NCBI RefSeq assembly: GCF_016432865.1
Contig: NC_067400.1
Location: 427,180,001 to 427,244,000, forward strand
Source: Antechinus flavipes
Taxonomy: Eukaryota
DNA length: 64,000 nucleotides
Direction of reading: 5' to 3'
Shown: in pieces, positions 40,212 to 52,440 of the stretch
How the letters are laid out: every line of letters begins with the position of its first letter
Position numbering within the stretch: position 1 is the stretch's first letter
The notes under the pieces: generated by a model
The model's input: only the letters and a program-made list of their open reading frames with translations
Told to the model about the DNA's origin: nothing
Database searches by the model: none
Made by a program: the position numbers and the translations under genes

Positions 40212-40944
40212 AAGAATTGGGCCAGAACTGTGGTCCTCCAGGAATAATGGGAGAAGATCTGAAGAAAAATACAAGACTGAGATTTGGCTAATATAAAATG
40301 TAAACAACTCCAAGCTAGATCTGCTGAAACAGCAAGTTGTAAACTCTGAGGCTAGCTGGATTGAAACTGTAGCCTCTGGCCTCAATCACAAACTTTCACC
40401 TCCCAGATAATGTGGGGGGAAGATTAAGGGAATTTCTGCTGATAAAACACACTATTACAGCTGTGCTGAAGATACCCTACCCTAATGAGAAGGAACCAGT
40501 ACACATGTCTGGAGAGTGAAGAAGCAATAAGGAAGAGATGCTGCTAATGGTGGGCATTTGTAGGAGAGTAGAATTCTTGTTTTGGGCTCCAGGCTAAAAG
40601 GGAGTACTGAAGGAGGAGCTAAGGCCAGAGGCACCATACCCTATACTCTAGGACTAAAGGTGATTATTCTAACAAGCTGATATTAAAAAAAAAAAAAAGT
40701 AGGCAAAGGAGAAAGAACCTTTAGAGGAACATTTTTTTAAAAAAAGCTTCTTCTATCCCAAAGAGAAATGTTAAATGGTCACCTGCTTAAAAAAGAATTG
40801 ATATAAGAACTCAAAAAAGTCTTTAAAAATCAAATAAGAGAGATTGAAGAAAAACAAAAACCAAAACAAAACCAAAAAAAAAAATCTCAGAAAAAACAAG
40901 ATTATGAAAAGAAAGTCTGAACAACTAGAAAAAGAGATCAAGTT

Positions 40945-41320
40945 TTTTTTCTCAATATTTTATTTTTCCAATTACACATAATTTTCAACATTCATCACCC
41001 TAAGATTTTAATTCCAATTTTTTCTTCCCTTTCTTGCCACCACCTCCCCAAAATAACAAACAATTTCATATAAATTATACATATGCTATCATTTTAAACA
41101 TATTTCCATATTAGTCACCCGATGAAAGAAAAATCAGAAAAAAAAGGAAAAAACACAAGAAAGAAAAAACAAATTAAAAAAGGTGAAAAGAGTATGCTTT
41201 GATCCATATTCAATCTCCACAGTACTTTTTTTTGGATACAGATAGCATTCTTCATCCCAAGTCTATTAGAATTGTCATGATCACTGTATTACTGAAAAAA
41301 GCTAAGTCTATCATAGTTGG
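40945..41320 (-). mobile_element. L1 3' end inserted antisense into the older ORF1 relic
   Basis: Poly-T at about 40945 followed by reverse-complemented L1 3'UTR. Confidence 0.75.
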
Positions 41321-41829
41321 AGATCCAAAGTCATGTCTTTTAAGTAATAGCAAGAGGAAGTCAGTGAAGTTATAAAAGACCAAGAAATGACAAAACAAAA
41401 TATGAAGAATTAAAAATAGAGGAGAATATGAGACATCCGATAAAAAACAACAGATCTAGAGAATAGATCAAGTAGAGAAAACACAAGAATAATTAAATTC
41501 CTGAAAGTTACAATTTAAAAAATAATTTTGACACTATAATATAAGAAATAATTAAAGAAAATTGCCCTCAAATGTTAAAACTAGAGGGAAGGGTAGAAAT
41601 AGAAAAAAAAAAAAAAAACTACCAATCATTACCTGAAAGAGATCCTAGAGGAAAATCTATAATAACCTCATTACCAAATTCCAAAAACCCCAAATCAAAA
41701 AGAAAATTTTTATGAGCAACAAGAAAAAAACAATTCAAATATGAAGAGCCACATTTAGAATCACACAAAACCTAGCAATGGCTACATTAAAAGACCTCAG
41801 GTCTTGGAACACTCTACATTGAAGAGCAA

Positions 41830-42492
41830 AAAAACTAGGATTGTGTATTTCTGATTCTGCATATTAGTCCTCCATCTATTTTGAAGAGGGTGATATTTCT
41901 TCATGAGACTTCTTGAAGTTTCATGAATTTTGTACTGGTTAGACTTGTTAAATCTTTCAGTATTATTCATTTTTCAAATACTGAGGTTGTAGCATAAATT
42001 GTTGTTCTGTTTCTACTCACTTCATTATTCATCAATTCTTTCAAAGTATTTCCAAGTCTCTCTGAGTCTCCTTCCTCATTCATTAGAACATGATAGTATT
42101 ACATTATATTCATTTAGTACAAGCTTTTCAGCCATTCATCAAGTATTAATTACTCCCTTAGGTTCCAGTTCTCTCTCAAAACAAAAATAACTAGAAAAAC
42201 AAATATTTGTATATATAAACCTTTTTTCCCTTTAATTTATTTGGAGCAAAAGTCTTATCACTAGATCAAAAAGCACACACAATATTAGTAACTTTCCAGG
42301 AATAATTCATAATTTTACCAACAGTGAATCTACATGCTTATTTTCTCACATTTCCTTCAACATTTGGAGCATTTTAAAAATAATTTCTCATATATCTTGG
42401 AGATGAGATATTTATTTGAGATACTTACTGGAAAGATTTTCCCCAATTGATCTTTCTTTTCTATTTTTAGTTATATTTTGCTTTTGTGATTT

Positions 42493-42532
<40 letters not shown>

Positions 42533-43260
42533 ATCAAATTTCTCCATTTTATCTTCTAAGAGTATTTCTTCCTCTTTTGGTCATGAATATTTCCCCTCTC
42601 CATAATTTTTTAATGATTATTTTTTTCTTGTTCCTTTAATTAGTTTATGAAGTGACCTTTTATATCTAAATTATATATTCATTTGAAGCTTGATATGAAA
42701 TGTGAAGTGTTTTTCTGAATTCAATTTCTGCCATATTGTTGCCCAGTTTTCTCAGAAAGAAGAGACAGTAAGAGAAATTCCACTGAAAATAATTACATCT
42801 ACCTAGCAAGAACTCTATCAATACAACAACAAGCACTGTTTATATGGAAATACAGACCTAAATTATTGCAGAAATATTCATTGGTTGTAAACAGACTGAG
42901 CCAATAAATTAAATGGACAAAACTACATAAGTTAATTTATGTATTCATTCCATACCAATCAGATTAACAAAGGATTACTTTATAGAACTAGAAAAAATAA
43001 CAAAAGAAATTTGGCTGCAGATACAAAAAGTCATGTTTAAGAAACTCAATAAGGGAGAAAAAGTGGGGAGAAAGGTAGCAGTATCATATCTCAAACTATA
43101 TACTATAAAGAAGTAATTAATAAATTAATTTGGTTCTGGTCAAAAAATTAAAGCAGCTTAGAAGTGGAATAGAATAGGTACATATCATACAAAAGCAAAT
43201 GAACTTTGTAGTCTTGTGTACAATAAACCAAAGACCTCAATTACCAGAGTAAGTACTTAC
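41830..43260. mobile_element. Mosaic of old L1 fragments (minus 41830-42760; plus ORF2 ~42760-43260)
   Basis: L1-like motifs such as 'ttactttatagaactagaaaaaataac' and 'tctcaaactatatactataaag'. Confidence 0.6.
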
Positions 43261-43405
43261 TATTTATTGGATATAGACTAATTTTTTCAAGAAATTTTAA
43301 AATGAAATGAGAAGAAAGAAGTAGAACAATAGTTTTGTGTAGTTTCCTTGTTGCAAGGTGAAGGATGGCTTTTTATTGTTGTTCATTTGTTTTGTCTTTG
43401 TTTTA

Positions 43406-44523
43406 CCGTGTTTCCCCGATAATAAGACACTGTCTTATTAATTTTTTTTGGACAGAAAAACACCAGAGGGCTTATTTTCAGGGGAGGGCTTATTTTAATG
43501 AACATTGACAGCAATTTTAATAAACAGGCAAATATGAACAAAAAAAAGTACCTTTATTCAATAATGATCATGTCATCTTCTTCAACAGCATCGTCATAAG
43601 TGTCTATACCCTGAATTCCGTCCTGGATGTCTTGCGCTTCTATTTCCTTCAGAAGAAGTGGACCCAATCTATCATGTCCACCAATATAGCTCTCTTTAAA
43701 TGAACATGTCTTGTCCAGGTAACCTGCTCATAGTGCCTTGGCGACACAGCTGTCAGTAATTTTATCCCATGACTTCTTCACCCAAGTCACGACATCTTGC
43801 AGGACAGGGCTTCACAAAGTTTCCACGCTGAGTTCTTTCCATTCTATTTTCAATGTAGTCATTGACTTCCATGCGCAAATGGTCCTTGAATGGCTTGTTT
43901 ATTGCAATATCAAGGGTGTGGAGATAGGCAATCATTCCTGCAGGAATCATTACTTGATCTATTCTTCTCTCTGCAAGGAAGTTCTTCATTTCTTTAGCGC
44001 AGTGAGTGCTGGCTGAGTTCTTCTTTTATCCTCCATGATGCCCCCTGAATTCTTCTTTTATCCTCCATCATGCCCCTTTTATCCTCCATCATGCCCCCTC
44101 ACTCCCGCTTACATACCGGGTTTTTATGTTGTCCTGCCTCAGCTCTCCTCCGCAGCACTGCTCTCAATGGCGCCAGCAAGCAAATCACTGGGGAAGAACA
44201 GGATGACGCGCTCACTGCTGCAGCTCTGATTGGATGCAGCTTGGAGTGTGGCGTGTGTTTCACCCGGGGAGGGAGGGGACGGTGCATACAGAGGGTACTA
44301 GAACTGATGGGCCAGTTCTAGTAATGTGAATATTAATAGTGAAGAATATAATATACTACACTTATGTTTAAGATATCAACTCACACAAGTGATGGGGATC
44401 ACCTTCACTACAGTAGCAATCTCAATAGGGCTTATTTTCGGGGGAGGGCTTATTTTAGAGTAATCTTACACAGTAAGGGGAGGGCTTATTTTCGGGATAG
44501 GTCTTATTATTGGGGAAACACGG
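43406..44523 (-). mobile_element. Tc2/pogo-type (Tc1/mariner superfamily) DNA transposon, internally deleted, 1118 bp
   Basis: 23-bp TIRs CCGTGTTTCCCC(G/A)ATAATAAGAC with 1 mismatch. TA target duplication at 43404-43405 and 44524-44525. Subterminal AGGGCTTATTTT repeats occur twice on the left and three times on the right. Contains a DDE_1-type transposase remnant. Confidence 0.93.
43554..44020 (-). pseudogene. Transposase C-terminal half (pogo/Tc2 DDE_1 type), frameshifted
   Basis: (N)SASTHCAKEMKNFLAERRIDQVMIPAGMIAYLHTLDIAINKPFKDHLR matches the D-x-A-x-x-H ... P...LQPLD..INKPFK pattern. After a frameshift it reads VVTWVKKSWDKITDSCVAKAL*...EEDDMIIIE*. Confidence 0.9.
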
Positions 44524-44620
44524 TAGGATCAGAAAGATGAATATATATCTGATCAAAAGGGAAACGATCCAGAGTGGTAAGAGAAATCAAAGAAGAAAGC
44601 AAGAAAGAGGAGGGGTGGGA

Positions 44621-44751
44621 NNNNNNNNNNNNNNNNNNNNNNNNNNNNNNNNNNNNNNNNNNNNNNNNNNNNNNNNNNNNNNNNNNNNNNNNNNNNNNNN
44701 NNNNNNNNNNNNNNNNNNNNNNNNNNNNNNNNNNNNNNNNNNNNNNNNNNN
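44621..44751. other. Assembly gap
   Basis: Run of N after a GA-rich tract. Confidence 1.
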
Positions 44752-45389
44752 ATCCATGAGGAAGGGAAAGGGAATGAGAATAAAAACACAGACAGAAGAG
44801 CTGACTTTGGAAAATGAGAAATTTTAAGGGAAAGTCTTGAGGAATAGAAATAAAGACAGGTAAAATTATAATATAGGTTCAACATGGAAGAGAAAAGTAA
44901 AGAAATTCTTATCACATGGTCCTAAGAAGATTTTAATTGGTTCCAAGTATTTCCAAAGTAGTAAAGGGAACTGTCTACAAAGTTCCATAATCTAATTTCT
45001 ACCCACTAAAGATTCTTTAAGAGTTCAAAAAACTAGAGTGCCAATCAGGTATTTAGGGAATAAATATCTATCAAACCCAGAGAACCCCACTTGGTCATAT
45101 TTACTTGACCTTTTTTATTTGGTGGCATTTTATTATCTGCAGAGTCAGCTTAGAGTGAACCCATAGATGTTAGCATTTAAATTCTAGCACAATCAGAACA
45201 GACACTGAACCTGGCAGTTTCCATGGAGATTGGAAGAGAAAGATGCCAAGTAGAAATTAAAAAAAAAAAAGCACAGTTAGCTACATTGAAATTTTAGTGT
45301 ATCTAGATATTAGCTATTTAGCTTGAGTCTCATTGGATTAAAACACTCAGAACAAAGCTGGTGTGGAGCCAGATCCTGTCTCCTCTTGT

Positions 45390-45900
45390 TTCATTTCTTA
45401 TATCTTCTTTCTTCTTTCCTTTCCTCTTCTCCTTTTTATATATTACCCCCTCAGCAATTTCAAACTATTACCTTAAGCATTTTTCTCAGGCTCTAAACCT
45501 TCATGTCTACCTATCTTTAATACATTCCCACCTGAATGGTCTTCTGATACTTCAAATTCAACATATTTAATACATATTTCTTTTCTACAAAAATTTGTTC
45601 CTCTTTATGACTTTATTTTTTTCAGTGACAGCTCCATTTAACCCAATTTTCTCTTTTCAAAAACTTGCTATTATCTCTTATTCTATGTACTCTTAAACTA
45701 CCAAATTAAATCTGCTGCCTTGTCCTGTCTCCATATGTCTCACATCTATTTCTATCTCTGTTTCCAGGCCACCATCCTGATTTAGATATTATTATCTATC
45801 TGGACTATTGGCAATAGTTTTTCTACAAGTCTTTTGTCTTCTGATACTTCCTCTCTCTTTCCATAAACCATCCTTTTCATATTAATTTTCCTCACGTATA
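45390..45900 (+). mobile_element. L2 relic
   Basis: Pyrimidine-rich L2 ORF2-type sequence (ctatctggactattggcaatag). Confidence 0.55.
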
Positions 45901-45939
45901 GATTTGAGAGAACAGGGGAATGCTACAGATGTAATATGT

Positions 45940-46190
45940 TGTTCAATTGTTTCAATCAAAACTGACTCTTTATAATCCCATCTGGAGTCTTCTTGGAAAA
46001 GATATCTCAGTGGTTTGCCATTTTCTTCTGCAGCTCATTTTACAATTGAGGAAACTGAGGCAACAAGAGCTAAGTGACTTGCCTAGGGTCACACAGCTAG
46101 TAAGTATCTGAGGTCAGATTTAAACTGAGAAGAATGAGTCTTCTTGACTTCATATCCAATACTCTAGCTACTTTGCCAGATAGCTGCCCT
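45940..46190 (-). mobile_element. Mar1-type CORE-SINE
   Basis: 'cagtggtttgccattttcttctgcagctcattttacaattgaggaaactgaggc...gtgacttgcctagggtcacacagctag'. Confidence 0.85.
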
Positions 46191-46289
46191 GGATTTTAGT
46201 GAGGTGTTTTAGAAAATCACTTGTATACAAAATGGAAACATGTATACTAAATAACAATGCATTTAGATGAATTATAATTGGTAGAACCC

Positions 46290-46585
46290 TGACTCCAAAG
46301 AAATAGTTCTGCCAGTGTGATAGAAGTTTCTGATGGACTGCCCATTAGCCCAGTTATGTTTAACATCTTTATTGATTAACTGGATGGAAGCAAAGATGGT
46401 GTGCTTATTAAATTTTGAAGTTATAGATAGCTGTGAGACAGTTAACATGTTGAATTACAGAGTCAGGATCCAAAAAGATTTCATCAAATTAAAATGATGG
46501 GCCAATTCTAGTAATGTGAATATTAATAGTGAAGAATATAATATACTACACTTACGTTTAAGATATCAACTCACACAAGTGATGG
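46290..46585 (+). mobile_element. L3/CR1 RT-region relic (source of the copy at 44305-44395)
   Basis: 'cagagtcaggatccaaaaagat...gatgggcc...aatattaatagtgaagaatataatatactacactta...aagatatcaactcacacaag' follows the recalled L3 consensus continuously. Confidence 0.75.
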
Positions 46586-47554
46586 TTCCAAATTGTTGGA
46601 AGCCATCAAAAAACTGATTAATCATAGAATTTCAATCCTAGAAGAGACCTCAATTGTCCATCTATATACCAATTCAAGAATCTCCTAACATCCCCGGCAG
46701 ATGATCATCTAGCCTTTGTTTGAAGTCCTCTGGTAAGTGGTAATTTACTCCTTTGAAGTAACCAAAATCACTTTGAGATAGTTTATATCTGTGACCTGTT
46801 ACTCAAAGCTATTTGCATAAAACTCTCCTCATTGGTCAAGATTAAACCCAATGTTCTGTGCATGCATCAGGGGCAGAATTGGCATAATATGGGAAAGAAG
46901 CCAAAATGTTCTTTTGGCTTTTAGCTTTGAGAAAAAAAGATATTATTATACCCTCTATTCAAGAAGAAATCCTTGGAGAGAAAGATTCTAGGAAGATGAT
47001 AATATGTAGAGGAGCTGACATCTTGATCACATTCCTATCACAAGCTTACCATAATAGAAACCATAATAGAGGGAATTTTCGACTAAGTGAGATATGGGAC
47101 ACTGGCTCTCACTGGGAGATCTCACTTACTCTGTATATTTGATATATTCTCATCTACATAACTTTTGTGATTTCTGTTCACCATCAGATTGGATAAATGA
47201 GTTTATGGGCTATTCAGTATGTGTGACCTTTGTGTAACTTGCATTTGGTAAGAAGGGAATTAAGCCTTGGAAATATATAGTTTGGGATAGTCCACCTCTG
47301 TACAAAGATAGTGATCAGAAACCTGACTTAGCATAACAGTTATTTCCCTTAGACATGTAGTTATTAGACATGGGATCCATGGCAGACTTATTGTACACAC
47401 ACATTACATATCAAAACTAATTTGGTCTCTCTTCAACTTCTAATCATTATCTCCAGTTCTATCTTCTAGGACCAAAAAAAAAAAAAAAAAAAAAAAAAAA
47501 GGTCTAATCTCCCCTATTCATGTCAATTCTTCAAATACTTCTGTGCCCCCAAAT

Positions 47555-47700
47555 GTATTTTTCCCTGAGGCTCTTGGGGTTAAGTGACTTGTCCAGGGTC
47601 TTACAGCTAGGAAGTGTTAAGTGTCTGAGGCTAGATTTGAACTCAGGTCCTCCTGACTTCAGGGCTGGTGCTCTATCCACTGTGCCACCTAACTGTCCCC
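47555..47700 (-). mobile_element. WSINE1-type CORE-SINE
   Basis: Full tRNA-derived head and CORE in reverse orientation (ggggttaagtgacttgtccagggtc...gctctatccactgtgccacctaactgtcccc). Confidence 0.88.
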
Positions 47701-49941
47701 CAACTTTTTAGAATGTGTGTATACACATACAAAAACCCTAGTTCTTTCAGCTGATACTCATATAACATAATCTCTAGGATTTTTCCTAAACATTTCCTAA
47801 AATGTAGCATTCAAAACTGAACTCAATAATGCTGATATAGTTTAACCAGGCCAGAGTACAGAAGAAATAATACCCCTCTTCTTCTGGACACTAAGCCTTT
47901 ATTACTGCCCAAATTCGCATTGATCTTTTTTTTTCTTGTCATATTGCACAGTTGATATGTATATAGTTGATCTACAAGAACCTCTAGACCTTTACAAATG
48001 AGTTTCTCTACAGCCATATTTCTCCTGTTTTGTAGGTATGAAGGTGAATGTTTCAACTTAAACAATAGACGACTTGTCAGAGTAAATATTGCAAAAGGAA
48101 TCTCTTTTTGAGAATGGGTTGACCTCTGAGGGTCTTGCCAACTTTGATACTTTGATTATATGCTATGACTCTGCTCAGATCATTTTAATGGCTCCCTATT
48201 ATGTAGCAAGTAAAAATCGAGTCTTATTTACATGATATTCAAAACCTCTACGATCAAGCACTAATGAATTTCCAGCCTTATCTTATTCTGTTCCCCTCCT
48301 TATGGTTTATGCTTCAGTCAAGCAACACTATCATCTTTCATACAGATGCTGTTTTCCACTTATGTACCTTGGTTTATGCTATTAATTATTGCTAGTATAT
48401 CACCTCTATCTGTTAAAATTACATTCATCCTTAAAATCCCAACTCAAAGTATACTTTGTCAATAAATCTTTCTATCACCTCTCTCCCAGGCAGAAATTAT
48501 TTTTCTTTTCTGGCATTTTGTTTAACATTGTACTTGTCCCAATCTTACATTCTTATTATGCACAGTATTCATTTTAATATTACATTTATTTGTGTGTGTG
48601 TCATATCCATCTGTTAAACCACAATTTTCAAGAGGCTAAAAGTCTTTGTACGAAGGCCTTTCCTCTGGAAAAAAAAAAGAATAAATAATTGGTTACAACC
48701 TAATAGTGTCTATCAGATGGAATTTAGATGGTTTAATTTGACATGAATTCTTAGAATATTTGTGGATGGACATTTCATAACTAAAAACTAACAATAAGAT
48801 GTGAGCTATACTGATTAAGTTAATAAAAATAAACTGGAAATGTTAAACAAAATTTTGGGAGCTGTAAAATTAGGCTATGTAGTCGTAATAGAGGATTTCA
48901 ATTTTGTGTAGAAAAAATGCTTGAATGGGGTGAGAATATAGAATAAATGATTACCGGATTATCTTATCTTTAAGGATAAGATAAATGACTACTCTGAGAA
49001 CAAGTAATTTTAAAATCTATAATGATATATGTCATGGAATTGTGTCATGAGTAAAGATCAAGTGCTCAAATAAAATAAAAATATTTCATGGATAACTGGC
49101 AAAATGAAAGAACAGAATATTAGGTCCTGGAGGGCAAGAATTTTGTCATTTTTTACTTTGTAGCTCTACTACCTAGCACAGTAATTTGCACATGGTAGAT
49201 ATTGAATAAATATCTGGTGAACAGAATTTTAAAGGGCCTTTATGAAGAAAAAGGCATTAAAATGCCAAATATACTGCCCAAATGGAAAGAACAGGTCAGA
49301 TGCAAATTAGGAATTTTAGAGATCAAAGAGTATTTGAAGACTACCCTTAAGCAAGGAACTCAAACACTAGTAGTCAAAAACCACTTTGAATAGATAAAAA
49401 TCCCTGAAAGAAGCAATGGAACTTACTTGATGGTGATGTTTCATAGGCACAACTCAGAAATGAAGTGATAATAGAGGGAATAAATTAATAAGTTAATTTA
49501 CTACTAAATAATTGATTAATTCCTTGCTTTATCATTTACTAAAGAAGACAATAAGATTCTCTATTTATATCCTGCTCTTTTGCTCTTAAATGAATTTTTT
49601 GAAGCAGGTGGTCAGAAATGTCATGTACAGAGAATATTAGATAACATCTCCTGCCTTACCAGGACCTTGTGGTGAAAAGTTTGTGATGTATTGCTAATTC
49701 CTCAAAAATTGGTTGGAAATTTTGGTTAAGCACTGTGGTGACTCACAGAAAAAGTGAACATTTCCCAAGTTCTCAGACATTTGTAATTCCAGATACCCTA
49801 GCAATCTTTCTCCTCACCTTTGGATGCCCCAAGTGCATGTAAGAACCCTTCCTTCATGACAAAACATAATGTAGTGCTACTAAGTGATGCTTTTAACCAG
49901 AACTACAAAAGAAATAACCAATGAACCTTGAGAAAATATAG

Positions 49942-50078
49942 NNNNNNNNNNNNNNNNNNNNNNNNNNNNNNNNNNNNNNNNNNNNNNNNNNNNNNNNNNN
50001 NNNNNNNNNNNNNNNNNNNNNNNNNNNNNNNNNNNNNNNNNNNNNNNNNNNNNNNNNNNNNNNNNNNNNNNNNNNNNN
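49942..50078. other. Assembly gap
   Basis: Run of N. It hides the left end of the Tigger element. Confidence 1.
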
Positions 50079-50678
50079 ATCAGTACCATTTCTCTAATAA
50101 CATGGGTTCATGTAGTTTTCTGTGTAATATTTTGATAATTCTTGTAATATCTAATTTTTTTCATTATTATTCTGTCATGGTGACTTATGATCAATGATCT
50201 TTAATGTTACTATAGTAATTAGTTTGGGACATCATACCCATATAAAATGGTAAACTTAATTGATAAATTTTATGTGTTCTGACTGCTCCATAGACTAACA
50301 GAAGAGTCAAATGACGCAGCAAACTTCATTTCAGTTCTATTTTAAGAAAATGCCACAGACATCCCAAACTTCAGCAACTACCACCCTTCTAAGTCATTTG
50401 CCACCAACATTAACAATCCACCAGCAAATAGATTACAATTCATTAAAGAATCAGATGATGGTTAGCAATTTTTTTTAGCAATAAAGCATTTTAAAATTAA
50501 GGTATGCACATTGTTTTTTTTTAATATGTAATACTATTGCATAATTAATGGGTTATAGTATAGCATAAATAGAACTTTTATATGGAATGGGAAACTAAAA
50601 AAAAATGTATATGACCCACTTTATTGTGCTATTTGATTTATTATGGAAACAAACCTACTTTATCTCTAAGTATGCCTG
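50079..50678 (+). mobile_element. Tigger1-like non-autonomous DNA transposon (internally deleted)
   Basis: Matches recalled Tigger1 5' sequence (gatctttaatgttactatagtaatt...tgttctgactgctcc) joined to the 3' transposase end (aagagtcaaatgacgcagcaaacttcatt...atcagatgatggttagc...aataaagc). Right TIR ends aagtatgcctg at 50678. Confidence 0.85.
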
Positions 50679-50949
50679 TCTAGGCAGAATTATTATTAGG
50701 AGTAAAAGATCATAACATAATATATAGTATAACATAATGTCAATTATATAATATATATACACACACAAGATACTGCAATGTATATAATGTATTACATATC
50801 TTGTATACTATAATAATAGTAATTAGTAATAATAGTTCTACCTATATATATTTAATTAACTCTAATGGACACTTAATAAATGCCTTAATCAAATAAAATA
50901 ATATTTTTATTGTTACTAATAATGAGGATGATAATAATAACTAAGTTTT

Positions 50950-52440
50950 ATATAGAACTTTTAAGATTTGTAATGGACTTTTATCTGCCCCTCCCTTTTC
51001 TTTCCTCTTTCTCCTTCTACTTGTCTATAGGGTTAGATAAATTTCTATACCCAACTGAATTATTAAATTATTCTCTCTTAGACCCAAAACTGTTGAGATC
51101 AAGCTTGAGACAATGCTCATTCCCCTCCTTTCTTTCACTCCATTTTAATAGATCTTTTACATTTCTTCATGTGATCTAATCTGTCCCATTATATCTCCCC
51201 TTTCTTCTTTTTCCAGTACAGATCTTTTTCCACTCCTTAATATCTTTTTCTTTGATATCATTACATCAGAGTCCATTCACCACCATATGCTTAATGCATG
51301 TGATGCTCCCCTTTGTCTACCCAGTGACAGATATAGCTCTCAAGAGTTACAAATATTGTTCTCACATCTAGGGATGTAAACAGTTTGACCTTTACATAAT
51401 ACATATTTTCCTTTGCTTACCTTTCTATGCTTCTCTTGAGTGTTGTATTTGTTAGTTAAATTTTCTGTTTAGTTCTGTTCTGTTTAGTTAAAGTTTCTGT
51501 TTAGTTTAGTTTTTTTCAGTAGAAATTATTGAAATCTTAATTTATTGAAGCTCCATTGCCTTCTCTGAAAGATGATGCTGACTCTTGCGAAGTAGTTAAT
51601 TCTTAGTTGTAACCTTAGGTCCTTTGCCTTTCCAGAATATGGTATTCCAGGCCCTGTGATCCTTTATTGAAGAAGTTGCCAGATCCCAGGTAATCCTGAC
51701 TGTTGCTCCTTGATATTTGAATTGTTTTTGTCTAGCAGCTTGCAGTATTTTTGCCTTGAGATTGTAGTTCTGTAATTTTGCAACAATGTTCCTTTTCCTT
51801 GTGAGATATCTTTCCAAAGGTGATCATTGAATTCTTTCAGAATTTCCTTCTTTATTTCCAGAATGACAGACAGTTTTCCTTAATGATCTCTTGAAGAATG
51901 TTATCCAGGATCATTTTTTGGTAAAGGCCTTCAGGTAGGCCAATCATTTTTAAATTGCCTCTTCTGGATCTATTTTCTAGGTCAGCTATTTTGCCAATGA
52001 GGTATTTCATATTTTTTTCCATTTTTTTCATTCTTTTTAGTTTGATTGATTCTTGCTATCTCATAGAACTTCCATTTGCCTATTCTAATTTTTAATGTGT
52101 GATTTTCTACAGTTAGCTTTTGTATCTCTTTTTCCATTTGGTTAATTTTGCTTTTGAAAGTGTTGTTTTCTTCAGTCATTTTTTTTCCCTTCCTTTTCCA
52201 AGCTGTTGACTCTCCCTTGCATATCTCTCATTTCCTTCCTAATTTTTTCTTCAACTCTCTTATTTGCCTTTTATGAGCTCTTCCAAGAAACACGCATTTA
52301 GACTTGAGATCAATTCATATCACTCTTTGATATTTCCTTTGAGCCATTTTGTCCTCACCTGAGTTTGTGTTTTGGTCTGCCTTACAATCAGAGTAACTTT
52401 CTATGGTCAAGGTCCTTGACCTGACCTTGAAGATTTATCA
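50950..52440 (-). mobile_element. L1 5' portion: ORF1 relic and inter-ORF region
   Basis: ORFs 51982-52179 (coiled coil, MTEENNTFKSKINQMEKEIQKLTVENHTLKIRIG) and 51596-51817 (RNIVAKLQNYNLKAKILQAARQKQFKYQGATVRITWDLA) are L1 ORF1. Confidence 0.9.

Larger units (their letters stand above)
38235..41830 (+). mobile_element. Old L1/HAL1 5'UTR-ORF1 relic split by two later L1 insertions
   Basis: 5'-type sequence at 38235-38360 resumes at 40212. ORF1-like remnants at 40800-40940 and 41320-41830 (gaaagagatcc...aaattcc...caattcaaatat...agaatcacacaaaacctagca). Confidence 0.65.
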
